A stretch of DNA of 64,000 nt from Phaeosaccion multiseriatum (Eukaryota; Protista; Ochrophyta, other classes): NCBI GenBank assembly GCA_965112735.1, contig OZ218955.1:3720001-3784000 (forward strand). Reading direction: 5' to 3'. The stretch's first letter is position 1. Each line of letters starts with the position of its first letter. The position numbers and the translations under genes are program-made. Shown here piece after piece: positions 48,601 through 59,992 of the stretch. The notes beneath the pieces were generated by a model. That model searched no databases. It saw nothing but the letters and a program-made list of their open reading frames with translations, and was not told the DNA's origin.

Positions 48601-51600
48601 CTCCTCCTCCTCCTCCTCCTCCCTCCCCCTCCACCCCTCCTCCTCAGGTGGTGCGAATGTCCTCTGAGCCCCACCGGGATGGCCTTAGTAACTACGCCAA
48701 CGTATCACTCAACAGACGCAGCAGCACACCCGGCAAGCCCCCTGTAGCAGGGGCATGTGGCCTCGTGAACCTCGGCAACACCTGTTACATGAACAGCGCT
48801 CTACAATGCCTCAGCCACACCCCCCTCCTCCGCGGCTACATGCTGAGTAGCATGTTCGTGCCTGAGGTCAACAAACATAACCCCCTCGGCACGCAGGGAC
48901 ACCTCGTGGAGAATGTCGGCACCTTGCTCAAGCAGCTCTGGGGCGGGGAGATGGTGTGCATCTTCCCGGGCAAGTTTAAGATCAAACTCGCCAAGTACAA
49001 GACGCAGTTCGCGGGCAACGAGCAGCAGGATGCGCAAGAGTTCCTCAGCGAGATTCTCGACGCCCTTCACGAGGACGTCAACAGGGTGATAGACAAGCCG
49101 TATTGCCCGGCGCCTGATGATGCCGTTCTGGCGACAATGACGGCGGAGGAGCAGGCCAATGAGGCCTGGGAGAGGCACATTGCGAGGAATCGCAGCGTTA
49201 TTGTGGACCTATTTCAGGGGCAAATGAAGATGGAGGTGAGTGAGTGAGTGAGGGAGGGAGTGAATGAATACGTGAATGCCATACGTGAGTCCATGAGTGA
49301 GGAAGGGAGGGAGGGAGGGTTAAGAGGTCTGTCGTATGTCCCCTCCCTCCCCGGTGTCTTTCGCACCCCTCCCCTCGTGTGTACTGTACTCAACTCCCTG
49401 TATACCCCCCCCCCGCCCGCCTTTCCCCACCTGTTCCCTCGCATGCACTCTCTGTGGACTTTGCATCCTTTGCACCCTCCCCTCGTGCCCACTGTACTCA
49501 CTCCCTCAGGCATGCTGCAGCTCGTGTGGCTTCAAGTCCGTTTCCTTCGACCCCTTCATGTTTCTCAGCGTGCCCATCCCCGTCCGCAATGAGAAGCTCG
49601 TAACCGTCGTGCTCATCAGGAGCATCAAGCGCAGCAGGAAGAAGCGCAACAAGCAGGGGGGGGGGGGGACGCTCCTCGGCCCCGCCTCGGCCTCGGGAGG
49701 AGATGGGGGTATCGGGGCGAACGGAGAGGATGAGGGGGAGGTGACGAACGTGGAGGAGGGGGAGGAGGGGGGGGGGGACGAGGAAGAGGATGATGAGGAG
49801 GAGGAGGCAGACTTAGACCCCAGAAAGGTGGTGCCCGTCCGTTACGGCCTCATGCTGCCGAGGCTCGGGGAGGTGGGCGACCTTACACGCGGTCTGTCTG
49901 CCTTGTGCGGCGTGCCCAAGAGTCGGCTGGTGCTTGTTGACTTATTCAAGAATCAGTTCCACAAGACCTTTGAGGAGAGCGAGCCGCTCACGAGCATCCG
50001 GCAGGACGATTTCGTTGTGGCTTATGAGAAGGTTCGAGTCCTCAGGAGGCCGGTTCCTCCTGTTTCTGTTCCTGCAGCGGCAGCAGTTGGTGATACGGTA
50101 GCAGAGAAGGGGCCAATAGCAGCAGCAGCAGCTGGAGGAGGAGAAGGAGGAGGAGGAGGAGGAGGAGGGACGCCAGCAGGGGGGGAAGAGGAGGAAGAAG
50201 ATGACTTCCCCAACGACCCCATGGCTTCGCAAGAGTGGCCCTCCCACCTGCGGGACCTCTCCCCGGGTATGCGAGTGGACGCGCTGGACCATAGGGGTAA
50301 TTGGTACGCGGGCACGGTAGAGGAGATGAGCCGCGAAGGGAAGGAAGCAGCAGCAGTTGGTGATACAGCAGCAGCAGCAGCAGCGGGAGGAGGAGGAGGG
50401 GTGAGTGGTGCCAACGATTGGTTTGTTCGTGTGCACTTCGACCGTTTCACCTCACGCTGGGACGAGTGGTACGGTGTGGAGCATTGGAAGGAAAAGCGTC
50501 TCTTGCCGCTACACACCAAGACGGTGCCGAGCAAGCGCCCTCTTATGGAGGTGCCCCTCGTCCATAGACAGACGATCAAAGTACCGCAGACGGTGCCCAG
50601 AGTGGCCCGCCCTGCTGTTGGTGCTGGGGGGGTTGCTGGCACGGGGGCTTCAAATGGCGGTGGCGGCGGCGGCGGAGGAGGAGGAGGAGGAGGAGGAGGA
50701 GGAGGAGGTAGGGTGGGCGGTGGCACTCTTTCTCGCGCGGCAAGCAATATGAGTATGAACGGGAGCAGAGGAGGCATGAGCAGCAGTGGCGTGAGTATGG
50801 CCAACGGGGAGAGGAACAGAGGAGCAGGGGCAGCAGGAGCAGGAGGAGCGCGTGGTGGTGCTGGTGGTGGCGAGGAGGAGATGGGGGAGCAAGAGGAAGA
50901 TAACACCCTCCTCGACGACGACGAAGACGCGAGGGACACAGCGCTGCAGGCGGAGGCATATGGGCAGGGAGAGGCAGCAGAGGCGTATGGGAACGGGCAA
51001 GCCGATTTGGTGGAAGCCAAGGATCTGTTTGGGCTTCCGTTGCTGATCCATGTGGAGAGTGGAATGAGTGCACGCTATCTCTGGCGTCTTGTGTTGCAGC
51101 AGGCCTCGCGCTTCCTCAGCGGGAAGGACGGGAGAGGGGGCAAGGGAGGCAGCAAGGCAGGGGGTGGGGGTGGGGGGGGGCGGAGGGGCAAGATGACGGC
51201 GGCTTTTCTGGCGCGGGCGGCGGCAGGGTTGGAGGATATTAGCGACGAGGAGCTCATGGAGTTGGTGCCTTTTAAGGTGAGGGACGGAGGGAGGGACGGA
51301 CGAAGGGAGTGGGGGAGGGAGGGAGCGGAGGAGGAGGGAGAGAAGAGGAGGAGGAGGAGGAGGAGGAGGAGGAGGAGGAGGAGGAGGAGGAGGAGGAGGA
51401 GGAGGAGGAGAGGAGGAGGAAGAAGAAGAAGAGGGACGAAGAGAATAAGAAGGGTCCAGAAGGATAGCAGGAGGAGCGTGCCCACCCCTACCCCCCTAAC
51501 CCAATCCCCCTCCTCCCCCTTCCCCTGTATCACCAACAGGTGAAGCTTGTGAGTATACACAACCTCCTTGCTGACAACAGCGGCACTGTAGAGCTGCGGC

Positions 51601-52279
51601 CTGACCCCACGCGAGTGGCTGCCTCCCTCCTGAGCTCCAAGACGATCATCGCTCTGGACTGGAGCAACTCGGCGCTTGACTACTTCGATCTCGTGCCGCA
51701 TATAGAGGACCATCCCAGCATGGCGCTGCTGCAGGCCGCCGCTAGGTATGACTTTGAGTTTCAGTTTTGTGGGTTTTTCTGTTGGATTGGCCTTGGTTGT
51801 CTCGATACCTGTGTCCATACTGACATCGTTTTGAGATTTCGATACCGACACGCCTTCTCCTGCTGCTGCTGCTGCGTTTTTCCGCCGCTGGAACTACATG
51901 TCACCCATCCTCTCTCCCTCCCTCCCTCGTCCCTTCCAGCGAGAGTCGCGAGGGCATCAGCCTGTCCTCTTGCCTGGAGGCCTTCACTCGCCAGGAGACG
52001 CTGGAGGAGGAGGACAGCTGGTACTGCTCCAACTGCAAGGTGCGGTGCAGTGCGGTGACTTGCTAGCGCTGTTGGTGTTGGCTTGCTTCATGGGTGGACG
52101 GTGGAGAGATAGATGGATGGATGGGTCGATGGATGGATGGATGGATGACTCTTAAGCTTTGGTGTTGGAGTTTTGACGTTGTCATACAGAGCATTGTCTT
52201 GTCTATTATGGACCTCTATCGACCTCTTGATGGGCTCTGTCTCTCCCTCTTACTGTCCCCACCTCTCTCTCCCTCTCCC

Positions 52280-52325
<46 letters not shown>

Positions 52326-53426
52326 ATACGCTAGGTGCATCGGCAGTGCGTGATGAAGGTCGATCTGTGGCGTATGCCGGACATCCTGGTGCTTCACATT
52401 AAGCGCTTTCACTGCAGCGCCAGGTGGAGGGAGAAGATTCGCACCTTCGTCTCCTTCCCGCAGTCAGGTCAGTCAGTGGGGAAGGGAGGGAGTGAGGAAG
52501 GAAGGAAGGAAGGAAGGAAGGAAGGAAGGAAGGAAGGAAGGTGAATCTGTGGGTGGTGGGTTATCGTGGTCAAGCGATGAGTCGGAGTCAGTCAGCCAGT
52601 CAGCCAGTCAGGCAGGCAGTCAGTGAGGCAGTCAGTCAGGCAGTCAGTTAGGCAGTCAGGGACGCAGTCAGGCAGGCAGTCAGGCAGTCAGGCAGGCAGT
52701 CAGTCAGGCAGTCAGTCAGGCAGTCAGGCAGGCAGTCAGGCAGGCAGTCAAGCAGGCAGTCAAGCAGGCAGTCAGACAGTCAGTCAGTCAGGGACGCAGT
52801 CAGGGACGCAGTCAGGCAGGCAGTCAGTCAGGCAGTCAGGCAGGCAGTCAGGCAGTCAGCTTTCTTCCCTGTCGGTACCAATCTTGTGATCGAGTTTGGA
52901 CAATAAACTGCAACCCAAACTCTCGTGTTTGCTTTTGTCTGTCTGTCTGTCTTGACCACCGACCCACCTGCCTTCTGCCCATATGCCGTGGTGTGTCTGC
53001 CGGCCTGCTATCCCTGCCTGCCCATCCCTGTCCAATATACGGTATGCCCATACGCTGAACTCTACCCCACCTCTTTACCCCCCCTCCCTGCCCGCAGGCC
53101 TGGACATGAGTCCGTTCGTTTGTAGCACAAGCTCCCACCACAGCAGCGCCGGGACGGGCGGCCTTCTATACGACCTCTTTGGTGTGGTGAATCACATGGG
53201 AGGCATGACCGGAGGGCACTACACGGCTTGTTGTAGGTCCACACACTGCTCGAGGGGAGGTGATGAGGACGTGGGCATGTGGTCGCAGGAGCACCCGTGG
53301 CTTTACTTTGACGATGAGTGTGTGGAGGAGGTGAGCAGTGACAAGATACTGACGGAGGCCGCTTACTGCCTCTTTTACAGGAGGAGGAGGATGACGCCAA
53401 GCAATGTCATCAACATGACCGTTTAG
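42690..53426 (+). CDS. USP32/USP15-like ubiquitin-specific protease (N-terminal acylation motif, EF-hand region, DUSP, two Tudor-like inserts, USP catalytic domain)
   Basis: MGNCCS start; EF-hand-like 'VVDFKDLCRALALSCRGTHLERLRFLFDIF'; DUSP 'YMLATKWWTQW..PHEIDNSPL..EYVLLPGPAWERLLEWYGG'; Cys box 'GLVNLGNTCYMNSALQCL'; 'QQDAQEFL..LDALHEDVNR'; 'RNRSVIVDLFQGQ'; Zn-finger 'CSSC..WYCSNC'; 'LWRMPDILVLHIKRF'; His box 'YDLFGVVNHMGGMTGGHYTA..WLYFDD..AYCLFYRR'. There is one apparent frameshift at the G12 run 44268-44279. Confidence 0.92.
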
Positions 53427-54350
53427 AGAGAGGTGCTAATGGGCGCGTGGGCGCGTGGGTGCGCGAATGTGTGATGATGTATATTCCGTGGACCGGACCC
53501 CGGGGGTGGGGAGGGGAGAAGGGAAGCATTCAAGAAGGAATGTGAGTGGCAGATGGATGGGTGGATGAAGGGAGGAAGCTCTCGAGTGAGTGAGTGAGTA
53601 TGAGTGGCGAATGGATAGATGGATGGTCCAATTGGGCTTTGCTTTGTGTGTGTGTCCTTCTGACTCTGTCCTTCTGACGGCCACTCTCAAGTGTACACAA
53701 ATAGAAAAGAAAGGGGGGGGGGGGGGGGAGGAGAGTGCCGCGACGGAGTTGTCGCAGAGAAGCATTTTTTGGAATTAAATCAATTAAATTGCAGCGGAGG
53801 GGGACGGCAAAGCCTTTTGTACGTGAATATACCTGACTTGTTTTTCCATTGCGCAGAGGCCTATGCAACTGAGGGGATACGTATAGTATCCTCCCTCCTT
53901 CCCTCCTTCCGCCCCCCACCCTCCCCTGTGCTGACCAGCGCCGCCAACCGAGCACAAGACTGATTTGAATTTGAATGTGATGTGCATTGAGGAAACATGT
54001 TGTGCCACTACCCACTACTAATAACATAAAGTGTTGAAGTGCCCTCACTCTCTCCTCGTCATCACCATCTCGTTCTTTGCTCCCCTCCTTCTGTCCAGCC
54101 CAATGCACTCAGCCAACCGAGTGAAGTGTGCCCTCTCCTCAGATGCCCAACCAACCAACCAACCAACCAACCAACCAACCAACGAAACCAAACCAAACCA
54201 CCACCACCACCACGCCATCCCATCCGTACTTCTATACAGGGGCCTTGCCCTACGCAATAGATGCCAGTTCTGTGTGTTTTTGAGAAAGACAACACCGCTA
54301 TTGCCGAAGTACCTACTGTTACCATGGAACACTCAACATCGCAAATACAT

Positions 54351-56633
54351 CTAGTGTGCATGTGCGTGAGCGCCAACATCCGGCATTTCGAATGCCTCCT
54401 TCCTAACCGTATCCGTATCCTTCCCCTTCCCCGGGGGGCAGGCCGTAGCCGCCCCTCCCTCTCCCCTCGGGTCTGTGCCGATGACCCCCCCCACAGAGCT
54501 CCCCAGGGGGGCTTCAACGCCGCCTCCGGATCCGCTCACGCCCTCCTTGTGCACCAGGCCACCACTACTCAGAACACTACCACCACCACTCCCTCCACCA
54601 GCAACGTCAATATGGCCATCAGCACTATCAGCAGTTGGTGATACAGGCCCCTTCCTCAGTGAAGGCGACACGCCCCTTTGCTCGGCAGTCAAGGGAAAAG
54701 CGTCCCTTCCGCCTCCCTGTCCTCGTCCTTCTTTCCCTCCCCCCTCCCCTTCTCTCGTCGTGGCTGACGTGCCGGTGACATCTCCTGAGTTCTTCCCCAA
54801 GAGCATCTCAAAGTCGACTGCAGAATCCACACTGCCGGTAGAGGAGAGGGCGTTTTTTAGGCGGTTCCCAATGACCTGAGCATCACTCTCTACTTCCTCA
54901 CCATCCCCCCCGCCAGGTCCAGCATCAGCGCCACCCCGTCCGCCGAGGCTGTCCTCGTTGCTGGTGTTCCTCCGTCCCTTCTGCAACACGGCACCGTCCA
55001 CGGGTCCGTAGAAGTGGCGCTTCATCTCCATCTGTGAGCTCTTTGCCCAAGCGGTCCCTGCTCCTCCTCCTGTCGCCACGCCCTGCTGCTGTGGCGGCTG
55101 CTGCCGTCCCGCCAACTGCTGCTGCTGGTGATGTACAACCAACTGCTGTTGCTGCTGCTGCGAAGGCAGGGGGATGATGCCCGACGGAGAAGCCATTGGA
55201 ATTGGAGAAGCTGCCCCTGCCTTGGTGCTGGCCGGAGTCACTGACAGTGAAACTGTGAAAGACTCGGCCGGTGTGACGAGTCTTGCCTCCTGACCGCAGC
55301 TGGAGCTGCCGCTGCTGTCACAAGTAGCGCAACTGGCACAACTGTCGACGCTGCCCAGGGGAGAGGGGGTGGTGCTACGCGCTCGGATGCCCTTGGACCC
55401 GCTTCCAGTGCTGCGTGCCGTGCTGCCGCTGCCCACAGAGGTACCGGCAGTGCGGCTCTGACTGCGGCTCTGACTGCGAGTGTGGCTGTGGTCACCACTC
55501 CTTCGCCGCTCGCGTGGCGTCCCCCCCGCCTGACGGCACTGCTGCTGCTGCTCGCCCGTCTTTGCTTCTACTTCTGCATACACCATAACGCCCTCTTCCC
55601 GGGGGGAGGGCTCCTCCCTCCCCTCCTCTCCCACCTTGCGCTTCTTGACGGTCTGCGGCTGCGCGAGGGAGATGTACCTAGAGGCCTCGTCTCCTCCTCC
55701 TCCTCCTCCTCCTCCTCGAGAAGAAGATGATGATGAAGGAGCAGAGTAAGGCCGCCTGGCGAGCTCCCCTCCGTAGCGAGGAGGTGAAGTATCAAGAGGT
55801 GGTGGTATAGTAGCAGAGTCGCCAGCCATGAGCTTGCCAAAGAGCGAAGGACCGGACGAGGAGTAGACCGATGAAGCAGATGCCGGGCCGTGGCGGGAAG
55901 GCTGCCCCGCCGCCACCGTGCCCCCCTGCTGCAGAGGAGTAAGCGGAAACTGATGGTGGGTAGGAGGACGGAGCCGCCCCTCCCCTCTCACATCTGCCGC
56001 GGCGGCCTCCCCTTCCTCCTCCCCTTGAATTCCATCTTCTAGACGAAGCGCGTGCAAGGCGCGGAAGGCCCCAGCAGCCCCACAAGACTGAAGGGCAGGC
56101 TGTCCTTGCCCTTGACGCTGAGGCTGAGGCTGAGGCTGAGCCTGAGGCTGCCCTGGACGCTGAGGCTTGTGGGGCTGCCCCCCCCCCGGCCCTCCGCTGC
56201 TCTTGCTGCTGTCCCTCTGTCCTCCGCCGTCGCTGGTCTTGCCGCTGGTCTTGCTGCTGGTCTTGCTGCTGGTCTTGCTGCCATCTGTGCCCTTGTCCTT
56301 GTCGTCGCCGTCTTTCTTGCTGCCCCCCAGCAGCACGCTACTCGTCATGCTCATGAGCGTGGCCAAGCGCCTGCTGCTCTCAGTTGCGACCCTACTGCGG
56401 CTGTCGCCGCCTTCGCCTTCGGATATTTCGCTCACCCCCTCCCCCTCGGTCTGATCCCCCTCCCCGCTGGTGCTCCTCGTTGTGGGTCTTGCTGTGACGG
56501 CGGCGGTGAAGGAGTCAGCACTGCCGCTGCTGCTGTCCTCTTGACCTTTTGGCGATGAGCTTGTCTCCGCCGGCGGCGCCGACTGAGGCTGCTGTTCCTC
56601 TCCCTCTGACTTGTTAAGGGGCTGCTGCTGTTG

Positions 56634-56690
<57 letters not shown>

Positions 56691-57431
56691 AAAGCCGAAG
56701 AACTGCGCGGGGTGCAGGGAGAGCAGCTGCGGCGGACTGTGACTGTGGCTGCCGCTGCCCTCCGAGCCCCCTCTTGCCGCCAACTGTTGTTGCGCGTTCT
56801 CTTGGCCCTGCTCTTGGTGCTGCTCTTGGTGCTGCAGCTCGTGCTCAAAGGCGGTGGGCTCGTTCTCGTTGACTCGGCCCAACGAAGAGGGCCCTCCTCT
56901 GTCGACTCGCTGCCCGAGGTACTCCTCTCCCACTTGACGCTGAACTTCCTCCATGGAGGCCGGGGCCGAGTGTCTCCGTCCGTCGTTGGCTTCGGCGGTG
57001 GTGGCGGCTGTACGCTGCTGTCCATCCGCCTCCTCTCCAGCCCTCTCCCCCTCTCCCTGAGGCTCCCCCTTCCCCTCTCCGTCCTCCAGGTGGGTTGTCA
57101 TAGGCACCACCACGCGAGGGGCGGAAAGGCCCAATGGGGGGACCGCTGAGTGCCCGCGGGGAGGGGAAGGATGGGCGGAAGCCTCCGGGATGGCAGTGGA
57201 CGCGAGAGGAAGCAGCGGGAGAGCGGGCACGGACACAGACATATCTACGTCGCTGTCCTTCCTCCTGTGCTGTGTATGTCCACTCCTGGCCCCTCCCTCA
57301 AGGTGGTTGTGCTCCTCCTCCTCCGTCTGCTGCTGTATCACCAACTCGTGGGGTTGGTGTTGCTGTCCATGGTGCGAGCCCCCGTGCTCCTCCTCCTCCC
57401 GCCGCCGCCGCTGCTGCTGCTGTATCGCAAA

Positions 57432-57474
<43 letters not shown>

Positions 57475-59596
57475 AGCACCAACTGCTGCTGTTGGCCCAG
57501 CAGGAGCTGACTCAACACGTCGTCGTCCTCCGGACCAGAGCGGGGGCTCCGAACTACCCCCCTCCTCTCCAACGCCCCTCCTCCCTCCCCATCAACTGCC
57601 ATCCGCTCTCCCCCTCCCCCCTCCTCCATAAAGTGCGCCCCCTGGCCCAAGCGATGGTGCTGGTGCTGATATTGGTGATGCATGTGAGCAGGCGACGGGC
57701 CCAAGGGATTATCCGTCGCCAGACTGTGACTACCGCCACGTCCGAAGCCGAAGCCGAAGCCACTGCTACTGCTCTCACTCATACTCCGCACCAACCCCAC
57801 GGTTCCTTCGGCACTGTACCCCCTTTGCCTCCTCCTCAGCCCCCCACCCCCCCCCTCCTCCCGTCCGTCTCCGATGTCCATTTCATTGTACTCTACATCT
57901 CGCCTCGCCCCCCCCTGCTGCCGGTGGAACTCTTGCCCCTGCTCCTGCCCTAGCTGGCGGTACCCTCCCCTTCCCCTTCCCCTTCCTTGTGAATCATCTC
58001 CGTCTCCTCCCTCCCCTGCCTGCAAATGGTGCGGCGCACTCGCTGCCAATGATGCCATGTGCGACAAGTGCGAGTGTGAGTGACGGCGGTCAATACGCAT
58101 TCTGTGGCCTCCTCCAAGGGGGTGCGCCACTCCATGAAGAGGGGAAACACCTATCCCGCCCCTCCCCGCCCCTCGCCTGCCACTGCCCCGCTCTCCCTCG
58201 TCCGTCCCCACACCCTTCCCGAGGGCCAGCCCTTGCTCAATGAGCTCCCTCCTCTGCCCCGCTGTATCACCAACTGGCGCGGCTGTGACCACTTCTCCGC
58301 CCCGTCCCGCCCTGCCTCTGCTGCCCCCATCCCCCCTCCCCCATGCGTCCTGGTCCTCTGCCTCAGCGGCCGCGGCTGTAAAGGTGGCGAGAAAGACATC
58401 GGGATCGACATTGGAGTCCTCCAGAAAGTTGTACTCATCGTGATGCAGGCTTGGCGAATACGCATCCGGGGGGCCCCACTGTTGGGCGTCGTGCGCGGGC
58501 GGCCGTAAGGCGCCACCGGAGTCGAAGAGAGCACCATCATGGCTCAGGATCTGGGGCTGGCTGCGACTCTGCCTATGATTACTCCCACCTCCCCCCCCAC
58601 CTCCATGTCCCCCTCTCGAAAAGCCTCCACCTCCTACAGCGCTCTGGAAAGGTTGTACATCCCGCTGTGGCGACTGCTGCTGCTGAACCACCAACTGCTG
58701 CTGCTGCGGCGGCGGCTGCTGCTGGCTGCTGTCCGTTCTCCTGTGGTGGTGCGTCGGATCCGCCGACGACAAGGAAGTGGCAGGGCCGGAGAAGGTGTAC
58801 GTGGCTGCAGCAAGATTCCCCCCCCCCCCTCCTCCACCACTAAGCGCGTCACCACTATCCCACCCCCCACTACTCTGCGCGACATGGCTTCCTGATGACG
58901 GCGCTGTGGTGGCGGCGGCTGCTGCTGCTTCTGCTGCTGGCCCTGGAGGGCTCGGAGCGGCGTAGACTGACGGGCGTAGTACGAGATGGAGTCTCTCGGG
59001 GTGGCCTCGGAGGAACTCGGGGTGATGGTACAGCCCCTTGAGCGGCCCGCGGATGGGCTTCTTGAAACCGTACAGGTTGAGTTGCCGCTGGAAGGAGCTG
59101 TAGCGGTTGTGTCTGATAAAGCCAGGGGGTGGAGTGTTGGAGTGTAAAGGATGGGGAAGTAAGAAGGCTGAGGTGGTGGCGAGGGATTAAAGACATGCCC
59201 TCACTGGCCAAGACACAAACCACACACACCGGGAGGGCGCAACAGCGCGTGCAAGAATCAGCCAGCAACAAGTACAGCGACAACCCACAGGTCCCGCCCC
59301 TCCCTCCCTCCTGTGCGTCGCCCTGCGCCTCCTCCCCCCTCCCCCGGTCACTGCCCTCACTCACTCACTCACCGGAAGTACTTGGACAGCGCTTCGGAGA
59401 ATCCTCCAAGTTCCCCGATGGTGAAGGCCGTGCCTAAGTCGTTCCACCGGATCACGTCCGCTGGTTCGTCCTGCAGCATCTTGTAAAGCTTCACCGAGAA
59501 GAGCTGGGAGGCGCCCCTCCGCTGCTTCACGGGAGGCGCTGCGGCTGCGGCAGCAATTGCTGCTGCTGCTGCCGTCACTGCCGCTGGGTCCGGCGC

Positions 59597-59633
<37 letters not shown>

Positions 59634-59992
59634 GCCTGTTGCGGCTGCTGCTGCTGCGCCTGCTGCGGCTGCGGCTGATGCGGGTCGTGGTGGTGGTGGT
59701 CGTGGTGGTGCTTGTGTTGGTGTTCATGGTGGTGGCGATGGTGCTGGTGTCCGCGGTGTTGCTGCTCTTGTAGAAAGGGAAACTGTATCACTCGCGGTGG
59801 CTCGCCCTCCTCCTCTTCCTCCCCGTCCCCCTCCTCCTCCTCCTCCTCCTCCTCTTCTTCTTCTTCCTCCTTGAGGTACTGCCGGTTGATTTTCCAGCTC
59901 TGCTGCGCTTCCTGCTGGTGCTCAAAGTCCAGGCCCGAGGGTGCGTCGTGCTGCCTGTCGTGCTCCTGAATTCGATCGCGCGTAAAGTCCAT
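54351..59992 (-). CDS. HSF-type DNA-binding domain protein, about 1790 aa, 2 exons (59992-59373, 59112-54351)
   Basis: The spliced HSF DNA-binding domain reads 'FSVKLYKMLQDEPADVIRWNDLGTAFTI..LSKYFR|HNRYSSFQRQLNLYGFKK..YHHPEFLRG'. Exon 2 stays in frame with ORF 54351-58772 (offset 339 nt). The remainder is Q/G/S-rich low complexity with a KKRK NLS-like motif. Confidence 0.88.
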
